A stretch of DNA of 64,000 nucleotides, from the NCBI GenBank assembly GCA_964016885.1, contig OZ024744.1, forward strand, positions 22,134,001 through 22,198,000, read 5' to 3'. This document shows positions 44,001-58,520 of this stretch, piece after piece; the stretch's first letter is position 1, and each line of letters opens with the position of its first letter. The notes beneath the pieces were generated by a model, which was not told the DNA's origin, searched no databases, and was given only the letters and a program-made list of their open reading frames with translations. This stretch comes from Eledone cirrhosa. Taxonomy: Eukaryota. Position numbers and translations under genes: made by a program.

Positions 44001-47000
44001 TCGTGGTGGTCAGGTAGGTTGACATAGATAACATAGGTGGGATGTTGTCGTGGTGGTCAGTTAGGTTGACATAGATAACATAGAGTGAGATGTTGTCGTG
44101 GTGGTCAGTTAGGTTGACATAGATAACATAGGTGGGATGTTGTCGTGGTGGTCAGTTAGGTTGACATAGATAACATACGTGGGATGTTGTCGTGGTGGTC
44201 AGTTAGGTTGACATAGATAACATAGAGTCAGATGTTGTCGTGGTGGTCAGTTAGGTTGACATAGATAACATAGAGTGAGATGTTGTCATGGTGGTCAGTT
44301 AGGTTGACATAGATAACATAGGTGGGATGTTGTCGTGGTGGTCAGTTAGGTTGACATAGATAACATAGAGTGAGATGTTGTCGTGGTGGTCAGTTAGGTT
44401 GACATAGATAACATAGGTGGGATGTTGTCGTGGTGGTCAGTTAGGTTGACATAGATAACATAGGTGGGATGTTGTCGTGGTGGTCAGTTAGGTTGACATA
44501 GATAACATAGAGTCAGATGTTTTCGTGGTGGTCAGTTAGGTTGACATAGATAACATAGAGTGAGATGTTGTCGTGATGGTCAGTTAGGTTGACATAGATA
44601 ACATAGAGTGGGATGTTGTCGTGGTCAGTTAGGTTGACATAGATAACATAGGTGGGATGTTGTCGTGGTGGTCAGTTAGGTTGACATAGATAACATAGAG
44701 TGGGATGTTGTCGTGGTGGTCAGTTAGGTTGACATAGATAACATAGGTGGGATGTTGTCGTGGTCAGTTAGGTTGATATAGATAACATTGGTGGGATGTT
44801 GTCGTGGTCAGTTAGGTTGACATAGATAACATAGGTGGGATGTTGTCGTGGTGGTCAGTTAGGTTGACATAGATAACATAGGTGGGATGTTGTCGTGGTG
44901 GTCAGTTAGGTTGACATAGATAACATAGAGTCAGATGTTGTCGTGGTGGTCAGTTAGGTTGACATAGATAACATAGAGTGAGGTGTTGTCGTGGTGGTCA
45001 GTTAGGTTGACATAGATAACATAGGTGGGATGTTGTCGTGGTGGTCAGTTAGGTTGACATAGATAACATAGAGTGGGATGTTGTCGTGGTGGTCAGTTAG
45101 GTTGACATAGATAACATAGGTGGGATGTTGTCGTGGTGGTCAGTTAGGTTGACATAGATAACATAAAGTGAGATGTTGTCTTGGTGGTCAGTTAGGTTGA
45201 CATAGATAACATAGGTGGGATGTTGTCGTGGTCACTTAGTTTGACATAGATAACATAGAGTGAGATGTTGTCGTGGTGGTCAGTTAGGTTGACATAGCTA
45301 ACATAGGTGGGATGTTGTCGGGGTGGTCAGTTAGGTTGACATAGATAACATAGAGTGAGATGGTGTCGTGGTGGTCAGTTAGGTTGACATAGATAACATA
45401 GGTGAGATGTTGTCGTGGTGGTCAGTTAGGTTGACATAGATAATATAGAGTGAGATGTTGTCGTGGTGGTCAGTTAGGTTGACATAGATAACATAGGTGG
45501 GATGTTGTCGTGGTCAGTTAGGTTGACATAGATAACATAGGTGGTATGTTGTCGTGGTCAGTTAGGTTGACATAGATAACATAGAGTGAGATGTTGTCGT
45601 GGTGGTCAGTTAGGTTGACATAGATAACATAGGTGGGATGTTGTCGTGGTGGTCAGTTAGGTTGACATAGATAACATAGGTGGGATGTTGTCGGGGTGGT
45701 CAGTTAGGTTGACATAGATAACATAGGTGGGATGGTGTCGTGGACAGTTAGGTTGACATAGATAACATAGAGTGAGATGCTGTCGTGGTGGTCAGTTAGG
45801 TTGACATAGATAACATAGGTGGGATGTTGTCGGGGTGGTCAGTTAGGTTGACATAGATAACATAGAGTGGGATGTTGTCGTGGTGGTCAGTTAGTTTGAC
45901 ATAGATAACATAGGTGGGATGTTGTCGTGGTCAGTTAGGGTGACATAGATAACATAGATGGGATGTTGTCGTGGTGGTCAGTTAGGTTGACATAGATTAC
46001 ATAGGTGGTATGTTGTCGTGGTCAGTTAGGTTGACATAGATAACATAGAGTGAGATGTTGTCGTGGTGGTCAGTTAGGTTGACATAGATAACATAGGTGG
46101 GATGTTGTCGTGGTGGTCAGTTATGTTGACATAGATAACATAGAGTGAGATGGTGACGTGGTGGTCAGTTAGGTTGACATAGATAACATATGTGGGATGT
46201 TGTCGTGGTCAGTTAGGTTGACATAGATAACATAGGTGGGATGTTGTCGTGGTGGTCAGTTAGGTTGACATAGATAACATAGGTGGGATGTTGTCGTGGT
46301 CAGTTAGGTTGACATATATAACATAGAGTGAGATGTTGTCGTGGTTGTCAGTAAGGTTGACATAGATAACATAGAGTGAGATGTTGTCGTGGTGGTCAGT
46401 TAGGTTGACATAGAAAACATAGGTGGGATGTTGTCGCGGTGGTCTGTTAGGTTGACATAGATAACATAGATGGGATGTTGTCGTGGTGGTCAGTTAGGTT
46501 GACATAGATAACATAGAGTGAGATGTTGTCGTGGTGGTCAGTTAGGTTGACATAGATAACATAGAGTGAGATATTGTCGTGGTGGTCAGTTAGGTTGATA
46601 TAGATAACATAGGTGGCATGTTGTCGTGGTGGTCAGTTAGGTTTACATAGATAACATAGAGTGATATGTTGTCGTGGTGGTCAGTTAGGTTGACATAGAT
46701 AACATAGGTGGGATGTTGTCGTGGTGGTCAGTTAGGTTGACATAGATAACATATGTGGGATGTAGTCGTGGTGGTCAGTTAGGTTCACATAGTTAACATA
46801 GGTGGGATGTTGTCGCGGTGGTCTGTTAGGTTGACATAGATAACATAGATGGGATGTTGTCGTGGTGGTCAGTTAGGTTGACATAGATAACATAGAGTGA
46901 GATGTTGTCGTGGTGGTCAGTTAGGTTGACATAGATAACATAGAGTGAGATATTGTCGTGGTGGTCAGTTAGGTTGACATAGATAACATAGGTGGCATGT

Positions 47001-50000
47001 TGTCGTGGTGGTCAGTTAGGTTTACATAGATAACATAGAGTGATATGTTGTCGTGGTGGTCAGTTAGGTTGACATAGATAACATAGGTGGGATGTTGTCG
47101 TGGTGGTCAGTTAGGTTGACATAGATAACATAGGTGGGATGTAGTCGTGGTGGTCAGTTAGGTTGACATAGTTAACATAGGTGGGATGTTGTGGTGGTCA
47201 GTTAGGTTGACATAGATAACATAGGTGGGATGTTGTCGTGGTCAGTTAGGGTGACATAGATAACATAGAGTGAGATGTTGTCATGGTGGTCAGTTAGGTT
47301 GACATAGATAACATGAAGTGAGATATTGTCTTGGTGGTCAGTTAGGTTGACATAGATAACATAGGTGGGATGTTGTCGTGGTCACTTAGTTTGACATAGA
47401 TAACATAGAGTGAGATGTTGTCGTGGTGGTCAGTTAGGTTGACATAGCTAACATAGGTGGGATGTTGTCGGGGTGGTCAGTTAGGTTGACATAGATAACA
47501 TAGAGTGAGATGGTGTCGTGGTGGTCAGTTAGGTTGACATAGATAACATAGGTGAGATGTTGTCGTGGTGGTCAGTTAGGTTGACATAGATAATATAGAG
47601 TGAGATGTTGTCGTGGTGGTCAGTTAGGTTGACATAGATAACATAGGTGGGATGGTGTCGTGGACAGTTAGGTTGACATAGATAACATAGGTGGTATGTT
47701 GTCGTGGTCAGTTAGGTTGACATAGATAACATAGAGTGAGATGTTGTCGTGGTGGTCAGTTAGGTTGACATAGATAACATAGGTGGGATGTTGTCGTGGT
47801 GGTCAGTTAGGTTGACATAGATAACATAGGTGGGATGTTGTCGGGGTGGTCAGTTAGGTTGACATAGATAACATAGGTGGGATGGTGTCGTGGACAGTTA
47901 GGTTGACATAGATAACATAGAGTGAGATGCTGTCGTGGTGTTCAGTTAGGTTGACATAGATAACATAGGTGGGATGTTGTCGGGGTGGTCAGTTAGGTTG
48001 ACATAGATAACATAGAGTGGGATGTTGTCGTGGTGGTCAGTTAGGTTGACATAGATAACATAGGTGGGATGTTGTCGTGGTCAGTTAGGGTGACATAGAT
48101 AACATAGGTGGGATGTTGTCGTGGTGGTCAGTTAGGTTGACATAGATTACATAGGTGGTATGTTGTCGTGGTCAGTTAGGTTGACATAGATAACATAGAG
48201 TGAGATGTTGTCGTGGTGGTCAGTTAGGTTGACATAGATAACATAGGTGGGATGTTGTCGTGGTGGTCAGTTATGTTGACATAGATAACATAGAGTGAGA
48301 TGGTGACGTGGTGGTCAGTTAGGTTGACATAGATAACATATGTGGGATGTTGTCGTGGTCAGTTAGGTTGACATAGATAACATAGGTGGGATGTTGTCGT
48401 GGTGGTCAGTTAGGTTGACATAGATAACATAGGTGGGATGTTGTCGTGGTCAGTTAGGTTGACATATATAACATAGAGTGAGATGTTGTCGTGGTTGTCA
48501 GTAAGGTTGACATAGATAACATAGAGTGAGATGTTGTCGTGGTGGTCAGTTAGGTTGACATAGAAAACATAGGTGGGATGTTGTCGCGGTGGTCTGTTAG
48601 GTTGACATAGATAACATAGATGGGATGTTGTCGTGGTGGTCAGTTAGGTTGACATAGATAACATAGAGTGAGATGTTGTCGTGGTGGTCAGTTAGGTTGA
48701 CATAGATAACATAGAGTGAGATATTGTCGTGGTGGTCAGTTAGGTTGACATAGATAACATAGGTGGCATGTTGTCGTGGTGGTCAGTTAGGTTTACATAG
48801 ATAACATAGAGTGATATGTTGTCGTGGTGGTCAGTTAGGTTGACATAGATAACATAGGTGGGATGTTGTCGTGGTGGTCAGTTAGGTTGACATAGATAAC
48901 ATAGGTGGGATGTAGTCGTGGTGGTCAGTTAGGTTCACATAGTTAACATAGGTGGGATGTTGTGGTGGTCAGTTAGGTTGACATAGATAACATAGGTGGG
49001 ATGTTGTCGTGGTCAGTTAGGGTGACATAGATAACATAGGTGGGATGTTGTCGTGGTGGTCAGTTAGGTTGACATAGATAACATAGGTGGTATGTTGTCG
49101 TGGTCAGTTAGGTTGACATAGATAACATAGAGTGAGATGTTGTCGTGGTGGTCTGTTAGGTTGACATAGATAACATAGGTGGGATGTTGTCGTGGTGGTC
49201 AGTTAGGTTGACATAGATAACATAGAGTGAGATGGTGACGTGGTGGTCAGTTAGGTTGACATAGTTAACATAGGTGAGATGTTGTCGTGGTGGTCAGTTA
49301 GGTTGACATAGATAACATAGAGTGAGATGTTGTCGTGGTGGTCAGTTAGGTTGACATAGATAACATAGGTGGGATGTTGTCGTGGTCAGTTAGGTTGACA
49401 TAGATAACATAGGTGGGATGTTGTTGTGGTGGTCTGTTAGGTTGACATAGATAACATAGGTGGGATGTTGTCGTGGTCAGTTAGGTTGACATATATAACA
49501 TAGAGTGAGATGTTGTCGTGGTTGTCAGTTAGGTTGACATAGATAACATAGAGTGAGATGTTGTCGTGGTGGTCAGTTAGGTTGACATAGAAAACATAGG
49601 TGGGATGTTGTCGTGGTGGTCAGTTAGGTTGACATAGATAACATAGGTGGGATGTTGTCGTGGTGGTCAGTTAGGTTGACATAGATAACATAGAGTGAGA
49701 TGTTGTCGTGGTGGTCAGTTAGGTTGACGTAGATAACATAGAGGGAGATGGTGTCGTGGTGGTCAGTTAGGTTGACATAGATAACATAGGTGAGATGTTG
49801 TCGTGGTGGTCAGTTAGGTTGACATAGATAATATAGAGTGATATGTTGTCGTGGTGGTCAGTTAGGTTGACATAGATAACATAGGTGGGATGTTGTCGTG
49901 GTGGTCAGTTAGGTTGACATAGATAACATAGGTGGGATGTTGTCGTGGTCAGTTAGGTTGACATAGATAACATAGGTGGTATGTTGTCGTGGTCAGTTAG

Positions 50001-53000
50001 GTTGACATAGATAACATAGAGTGAGATGTTGTCGTGGTGGTCAGTTAGGTTGACATAGATAACATAGATGGGATGTTGTCGTGGTGGTCAGTTAGGTTGA
50101 CATAGATAACATAGGTGGGATGTCGTCGGGGTGGTCAGTTAGGTTGACATAGATAACATAGGTGGGATGGTGTCGTGGACAGTTAGGTTGACATAGATAA
50201 CATAGAGTGAGATGCTGTCGTGGTGGTCAGTTAGGTTGACATAGATAACATAGGTGGGATGTTGTCGGGGTGGTCAGTTAGGTTGACATAGATAACATAG
50301 AGTGGGATGTTGTCGTGGTGGTCAGTTAGGTTGACATAGATAACATAGGTGGGATGTTGTCGTGGTCAGTTAGGGTGACATAGATAACATAGGTGGGATG
50401 TTGTCGTGGTGGTCAGTTAGGTTGACATAGATTACATAGGTGGTATGTTGTCGTGGTCAGTTAGGTTGACATAGATAACATAGAGTGAGATGTTGTCGTG
50501 GTGGTCAGTTAGGTTGACATAGATAACATAGGTGGGATGTTGTCGTGGTGGTCAGTTATGTTGACATAGATAACATAGAGTGAGATGGTGACGTGGTGGT
50601 CAGTTAGGTTGACATAGATAACATAGAGTGAGATGTTGTCGTGGTGGTCAGTTAGGTTGACATAGATAACATAGGTGGGATGTTGTCGTGGTCAGTTAGG
50701 TTGACATAGATAACATAGGTGGGATGTTGTTGTGGTGGTCTGTTAGGTTGACATAGATAACATAGGTGGGATGTTGTCGTGGTCAGTTAGGTTGACATAT
50801 ATAACATAGAGTGAGATGTTGTCGTGGTTGTCAGTTAGGTTGACATAGATAACATAGAGTGAGATGTTGTCGTGGTGGTCAGTTAGGTTGACATAGAAAA
50901 CATAGGTGGGATGTTGTCGTGGTGGTCAGTTAGGTTGACATAGATAACATAGGTGGGATGTTGTCGTGGTGGTCAGTTAGGTTGACATAGATAACATAGA
51001 GTGAGATGTTGTCGTGGTGGTCAGTTAGGTTGACGTAGATAACATAGAGGGAGATGGTATCGTGGTGGTCAGTTAGGTTGACATAGATAACATAGGTGAG
51101 ATGTTGTCGTGGTGGTCAGTTAGGTTGACATAGATAATATAGAGTGATATGTTGTCGTGGTGGTCAGTTAGGTTGACATAGATAACATAGGTGGGATGTT
51201 GTCGTGGTCAGTTAGGTTGACATAGATAACATAGGTGGTATGTTGTCGTGGTCAGTTAGGTTGACATAGATAACATAGAGTGAGATGTTGTCGTGGTGGT
51301 CAGTTAGGTTGACATAGATAACATAGGTGGGATGTTGTCGTGGTGGTCAGTTAGGTTGACATAGATAACATAGGTGGGATGTTGTCGGGGTGGTCAGTTA
51401 GGTTGACATAGATAACATAGGTGGGATGGTGTCGTGGACAGTTAGGTTGACATAGATAACATAGAGTGAGATGCTGTCGTGGTGGTCAGTTAGGTTGACA
51501 TAGATAACATAGGTGGGATGTTGTCGGGGTGGTCAGTTAGGTTGACATAGATAACATAGAGTGGGATGTTGTCGTGGTGGTCAGTTAGGTTGACATAGAT
51601 AACATAGGTGGGATGTTGTCGTGGTCAGTTAGGGTGACATAGATAACATAGGTGGGATGTTGTCGTGGTGGTCAGTTAGGTTGACATAGATTACATAGGT
51701 GGTATGTTGTCGTTGTCAGTTAGGTTGACATAGATAACATAGAGTGAGATGTTGTCGTGGTGGTCAGTTAGGTTGACATAGATAACATAGGTGGGATGTT
51801 GTCGTGGTGGTCAGTTATGTTGACATAGATAACATAGAGTGAGATGGTGACGTGGTGGTCAGTTAGGTTGACATAGATAACATATGTGGGATGTTGTCGT
51901 GGTCAGTTAGGTTGACATAGATAACATAGGTGGGATGTTGTCGTGGTGGTCAGTTAGGTTGACATAGATAACATAGGTGGGATGTTGTCGTGGTCAGTTA
52001 GGTTGACATATATAACATAGAGTGAGATGTTGTCGTGGTTGTCAGTAAGGTTGACATAGATAACATAGAGTGAGATGTTGTCGTGGTGGTCAGTTAGGTT
52101 GACATAGATAACATAGGTGGGATGTTGTCGTGGTCAGTTAGGTTGACATATATAACATAGAGTGAGATGTTGTCGTGGTTGTCAGTAAGGTTGACATAGA
52201 TAACATAGAGTGAGATGTTGTCGTGGTGGTCAGTTAGGTTGACATAGAAAACATAGGTGGGATGTTGTCGCGGTGGTCTGTTAGGTTGACATAGATAACA
52301 TAGATGGGATGTTGTCGTGGTGGTCAGTTAGGTTGACATAGATAACATAGAGTGAGATGTTGTCGTGGTGGTCAGTTAGGTTGACATAGATAACATAGAG
52401 TGAGATATTGTCGTGGTGGTCAGTTAGGTTGACATAGATAACATAGGTGGCATGTTGTCGTGGTGGTCAGTTAGGTTTACATAGATAACATAGAGTGATA
52501 TGTTGTCGTGGTGGTCAGTTAGGTTGACATAGATAACATAGGTGGGATGTTGTCGTGGTGGTCAGTTAGGTTGACATAGATAACATAGGTGGGATGTAGT
52601 CGTGGTGGTCAGTTAGGTTGACATAGTTAACATAGGTGGGATGTTGTGGTGGTCAGTTAGGTTGACATAGATAACATAGGTGGGATGTTGTCGTGGTCAG
52701 TTAGGGTGACATAGATAACATAGAGTGAGATGTTGTCATGGTGGTCAGTTAGGTTGACATAGATAACATAGGTGGGATGTTGTCGTGGTGGTCAGGTAGG
52801 TTGACATAGATAACATAGGTGGGATGTTGTCGTGGTGGTCAGTTAGGTTGACATAGATAACATAGAGTGAGATGTTGTCGTGGTGGTCAGTTAGGTTGAC
52901 ATAGATAACATAGGTGGGATGTTGTCGTGGTGGTCAGTTAGGTTGACATAGATAACATACGTGGGATGTTGTCGTGGTGGTCAGTTAGGTTGACATAGAT

Positions 53001-55990
53001 AACATAGAGTCAGATGTTGTCGTGGTGGTCAGTTAGGTTGACATAGATAACATAGAGTGAGATGTTGTCATGGTGGTCAGTTAGGTTGACATAGATAACA
53101 TAGGTGGGATGTTGTCGTGGTGGTCAGTTAGGTTGACATAGATAACATAGAGTGAGATGTTGTCGTGGTGGTCAGTTAGGTTGACATAGATAACATAGGT
53201 GGGATGTTGTCGTGGTGGTCAGTTAGGTTGACATAGATAACATAGGTGGGATGTTGTCGTGGTGGTCAGTTAGGTTGACATAGATAACATAGAGTCAGAT
53301 GTTTTCGTGGTGGTCAGTTAGGTTGACATAGATAACATAGAGTGAGATGTTGTCGTGATGGTCAGTTAGGTTGACATAGATAACATAGAGTGGGATGTTG
53401 TCGTGGTCAGTTAGGTTGACATAGATAACATAGGTGGGATGTTGTCGTGGTGGTCAGTTAGGTTGACATAGATAACATAGAGTGGGATGTTGTCGTGGTG
53501 GTCAGTTAGGTTGACATAGATAACATAGGTGGGATGTTGTCGTGGTCAGTTAGGTTGATATAGATAACATTGGTGGGATGTTGTCGTGGTCAGTTAGGTT
53601 GACATAGATAACATAGGTGGGATGTTGTCGTGGTGGTCAGTTAGGTTGACATAGATAACATAGGTGGGATGTTGTCGTGGTGGTCAGTTAGGTTGACATA
53701 GATAACATAGAGTCAGATGTTGTCGTGGTGGTCAGTTAGGTTGACATAGATAACATAGAGTGAGGTGTTGTCGTGGTGGTCAGTTAGGTTGACATAGATA
53801 ACATAGGTGGGATGTTGTCGTGGTGGTCAGTTAGGTTGACATAGATAACATAGAGTGGGATGTTGTCGTGGTGGTCAGTTAGGTTGACATAGATAACATA
53901 GGTGGGATGTTGTCGTGGTGGTCAGTTAGGTTGACATAGATAACATAAAGTGAGATGTTGTCTTGGTGGTCAGTTAGGTTGACATAGATAACATAGGTGG
54001 GATGTTGTCGTGGTCACTTAGTTTGACATAGATAACATAGAGTGAGATGTTGTCGTGGTGGTCAGTTAGGTTGACATAGCTAACATAGGTGGGATGTTGT
54101 CGGGGTGGTCAGTTAGGTTGACATAGATAACATAGAGTGAGATGGTGTCGTGGTGGTCAGTTAGGTTGACATAGATAACATAGGTGAGATGTTGTCGTGG
54201 TGGTCAGTTAGGTTGACATAGATAATATAGAGTGAGATGTTGTCGTGGTGGTCAGTTAGGTTGACATAGATAACATAGGTGGGATGTTGTCGTGGTCAGT
54301 TAGGTTGACATAGATAACATAGGTGGTATGTTGTCGTGGTCAGTTAGGTTGACATAGATAACATAGAGTGAGATGTTGTCGTGGTGGTCAGTTAGGTTGA
54401 CATAGATAACATAGGTGGGATGTTGTCGTGGTGGTCAGTTAGGTTGACATAGATAACATAGGTGGGATGTTGTCGGGGTGGTCAGTTAGGTTGACATAGA
54501 TAACATAGGTGGGATGGTGTCGTGGACAGTTAGGTTGACATAGATAACATAGAGTGAGATGCTGTCGTGGTGGTCAGTTAGGTTGACATAGATAACATAG
54601 GTGGGATGTTGTCGGGGTGGTCAGTTAGGTTGACATAGATAACATAGAGTGGGATGTTGTCGTGGTGGTCAGTTAGTTTGACATAGATAACATAGGTGGG
54701 ATGTTGTCGTGGTCAGTTAGGGTGACATAGATAACATAGATGGGATGTTGTCGTGGTGGTCAGTTAGGTTGACATAGATTACATAGGTGGTATGTTGTCG
54801 TGGTCAGTTAGGTTGACATAGATAACATAGAGTGAGATGTTGTCGTGGTGGTCAGTTAGGTTGACATTGATAACATAGGTGGAATGTTGTCGTGGTGGTC
54901 AGTTAGGTTGATATAGATAACATAGAGTGAGATGTTGTCGTGGTGGTCAGTTAGGTTGACATAGAAAACATAGAGTGAGATGGTGACGTGGTGGTCAGTT
55001 AGGTTGACATAGATAACATATGTGGGATGTTGTCGTGGTCAGTTAGGTTGACATAGATAACATAGGTGGGATGTTGTCGTGGTGGTCAGTTAGGTTGACA
55101 TAGATAACATAGGTGGGATGTTGTCGTGGTCAGTTAGGTTGACATATATAACATAGAGTGAGATGTTGTCGTGGTTGTCAGTAAGGTTGACATAGATAAC
55201 ATAGAGTGAGATGTTGTCGTGGTGGTCAGTTAGGTTGACATAGAAAACATAGGTGGGATGTTGTCGCGGTGGTCTGTTAGGTTGACATAGATAACATAGA
55301 TGGGATGTTGTCGTGGTGGTCAGTTAGGTTGACATAGATAACATAGAGTGAGATGTTGTCGTGGTGGTCAGTTAGGTTGACATAGATAACATAGAGTGAG
55401 ATATTGTCGTGGTGGTCAGTTAGGTTGACATAGATAACATAGGTGGCATGTTGTCGTGGTGGTCAGTTAGGTTTACATAGATAACATAGAGTGATATGTT
55501 GTCGTGGTGGTCAGTTAGGTTGACATAGATAACATAGGTGGGATGTTGTCGTGGTGGTCAGTTAGGTTGACATAGATAACATATGTGGGATGTAGTCGTG
55601 GTGGTCAGTTAGGTTCACATAGTTAACATAGGTGGGATGTTGTCGCGGTGGTCTGTTAGGTTGACATAGATAACATAGATGGGATGTTGTCGTGGTGGTC
55701 AGTTAGGTTGACATAGATAACATAGAGTGAGATGTTGTCGTGGTGGTCAGTTAGGTTGACATAGATAACATAGAGTGAGATATTGTCGTGGTGGTCAGTT
55801 AGGTTGACATAGATAACATAGGTGGCATGTTGTCGTGGTGGTCAGTTAGGTTTACATAGATAACATAGAGTGATATGTTGTCGTGGTGGTCAGTTAGGTT
55901 GACATAGATAACATAGGTGGGATGTTGTCGTGGTGGTCAGTTAGGTTGACATAGATAACATAGGTGGGATGTAGTCGTGGTGGTCAGTTA
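38100..55990. repeat. Large (~8.8-9.2 kb) near-tandem block duplication
   Basis: Offset 8,782 for gaaaac (39781/48563), gttcac (40151/48933), ggtatcg (42274/51056), ttgtcagt (42931/51713), at-acgtggg (44177/52959), agtcagatgttttc (44511/53293). Offset is 8,830 after a one-monomer gain (46751/55581) and 9,203 upstream (gtg-ttcag 38738/47941). Confidence 0.87.
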
Positions 55991-58520
55991 GGTTGACATA
56001 GATAACATAGAGTGGGATGTTGTCGTGGTGGTCAGTTAGGTTGACATAGATAACATAGGTGGGATGTTGTCGTGGTCAGTTAGGTTGATATAGATAACAT
56101 TGGTGGGATGTTGTCGTGGTCAGTTAGGTTGACATAGATAACATAGGTGGGATGTTGTCGTGGTGGTCAGTTAGGTTGACATAGATAACATAGGTGGGAT
56201 GTTGTCGTGGTGGTCAGTTAGGTTGACATAGATAACATAGAGTCAGATGTTGTCGTGGTGGTCAGTTAGGTTGACATAGATAACATAGAGTGAGGTGTTG
56301 TCGTGGTGGTCAGTTAGGTTGACATAGATAACATAGGTGGGATGTTGTCGTGGTGGTCAGTTAGGTTGACATAGATAACATAGAGTGGGATGTTGTCGTG
56401 GTGGTCAGTTAGGTTGACATAGATAACATAGGTGGGATGTTGTCGTGGTGGTCAGTTAGGTTGACATAGATAACATAAAGTGAGATGTTGTCTTGGTGGT
56501 CAGTTAGGTTGACATAGATAACATAGGTGGGATGTTGTCGTGGTCACTTAGTTTGACATAGATAACATAGAGTGAGATGTTGTCGTGGTGGTCAGTTAGG
56601 TTGACATAGCTAACATAGGTGGGATGTTGTCGGGGTGGTCAGTTAGGTTGACATAGATAACATAGAGTGAGATGGTGTCGTGGTGGTCAGTTAGGTTGAC
56701 ATAGATAACATAGGTGAGATGTTGTCGTGGTGGTCAGTTAGGTTGACATAGATAATATAGAGTGAGATGTTGTCGTGGTGGTCAGTTAGGTTGACATAGA
56801 TAACATAGGTGGGATGTTGTCGTGGTCAGTTAGGTTGACATAGATAACATAGGTGGTATGTTGTCGTGGTCAGTTAGGTTGACATAGATAACATAGAGTG
56901 AGATGTTGTCGTGGTGGTCAGTTAGGTTGACATAGATAACATAGGTGGGATGTTGTCGTGGTGGTCAGTTAGGTTGACATAGATAACATAGGTGGGATGT
57001 TGTCGGGGTGGTCAGTTAGGTTGACATAGATAACATAGGTGGGATGGTGTCGTGGACAGTTAGGTTGACATAGATAACATAGAGTGAGATGCTGTCGTGG
57101 TGGTCAGTTAGGTTGACATAGATAACATAGGTGGGATGTTGTCGGGGTGGTCAGTTAGGTTGACATAGATAACATAGAGTGGGATGTTGTCGTGGTGGTC
57201 AGTTAGTTTGACATAGATAACATAGGTGGGATGTTGTCGTGGTCAGTTAGGGTGACATAGATAACATAGATGGGATGTTGTCGTGGTGGTCAGTTAGGTT
57301 GACATAGATTACATAGGTGGTATGTTGTCGTGGTCAGTTAGGTTGACATAGATAACATAGAGTGAGATGTTGTCGTGGTGGTCAGTTAGGTTGACATTGA
57401 TAACATAGGTGGAATGTTGTCGTGGTGGTCAGTTAGGTTGATATAGATAACATAGAGTGAGATGTTGTCGTGGTGGTCAGTTAGGTTGACATAGAAAACA
57501 TAGAGTGAGATGGTGACGTGGTGGTCAGTTAGGTTGACATAGATAACATATGTGGGATGTTGTCGTGGTCAGTTAGGTTGACATAGATAACATAGGTGGG
57601 ATGTTGTCGTGGTGGTCAGTTAGGTTGACATAGATAACATAGGTGGGATGTTGTCGTGGTCAGTTAGGTTGACATATATAACATAGAGTGAGATGTTGTC
57701 GTGGTTGTCAGTAAGGTTGACATAGATAACATAGAGTGAGATGTTGTCGTGGTGGTCAGTTAGGTTGACATAGAAAACATAGGTGGGATGTTGTCGCGGT
57801 GGTCTGTTAGGTTGACATAGATAACATAGATGGGATGTTGTCGTGGTGGTCAGTTAGGTTGACATAGATAACATAGAGTGAGATGTTGTCGTGGTGGTCA
57901 GTTAGGTTGACATAGATAACATAGAGTGAGATATTGTCGTGGTGGTCAGTTAGGTTGACATAGATAACATAGGTGGCATGTTGTCGTGGTGGTCAGTTAG
58001 GTTTACATAGATAACATAGAGTGATATGTTGTCGTGGTGGTCAGTTAGGTTGACATAGATAACATAGGTGGGATGTTGTCGTGGTGGTCAGTTAGGTTGA
58101 CATAGATAACATATGTGGGATGTAGTCGTGGTGGTCAGTTAGGTTCACATAGTTAACATAGGTGGGATGTTGTCGCGGTGGTCTGTTAGGTTGACATAGA
58201 TAACATAGATGGGATGTTGTCGTGGTGGTCAGTTAGGTTGACATAGATAACATAGAGTGAGATGTTGTCGTGGTGGTCAGTTAGGTTGACATAGATAACA
58301 TAGAGTGAGATATTGTCGTGGTGGTCAGTTAGGTTGACATAGATAACATAGGTGGCATGTTGTCGTGGTGGTCAGTTAGGTTTACATAGATAACATAGAG
58401 TGATATGTTGTCGTGGTGGTCAGTTAGGTTGACATAGATAACATAGGTGGGATGTTGTCGTGGTGGTCAGTTAGGTTGACATAGATAACATAGGTGGGAT
58501 GTAGTCGTGGTGGTCAGTTA
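53460..58520. repeat. Near-perfect tandem duplication of a 2,530-bp block, overlapping the end of the ~9-kb duplication
   Basis: Constant 2,530 offset for cttagtttgac (54017/56547), ttgacattga (54861/57391), atatgtgggatgtagtc (55581/58111). Confidence 0.9.
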
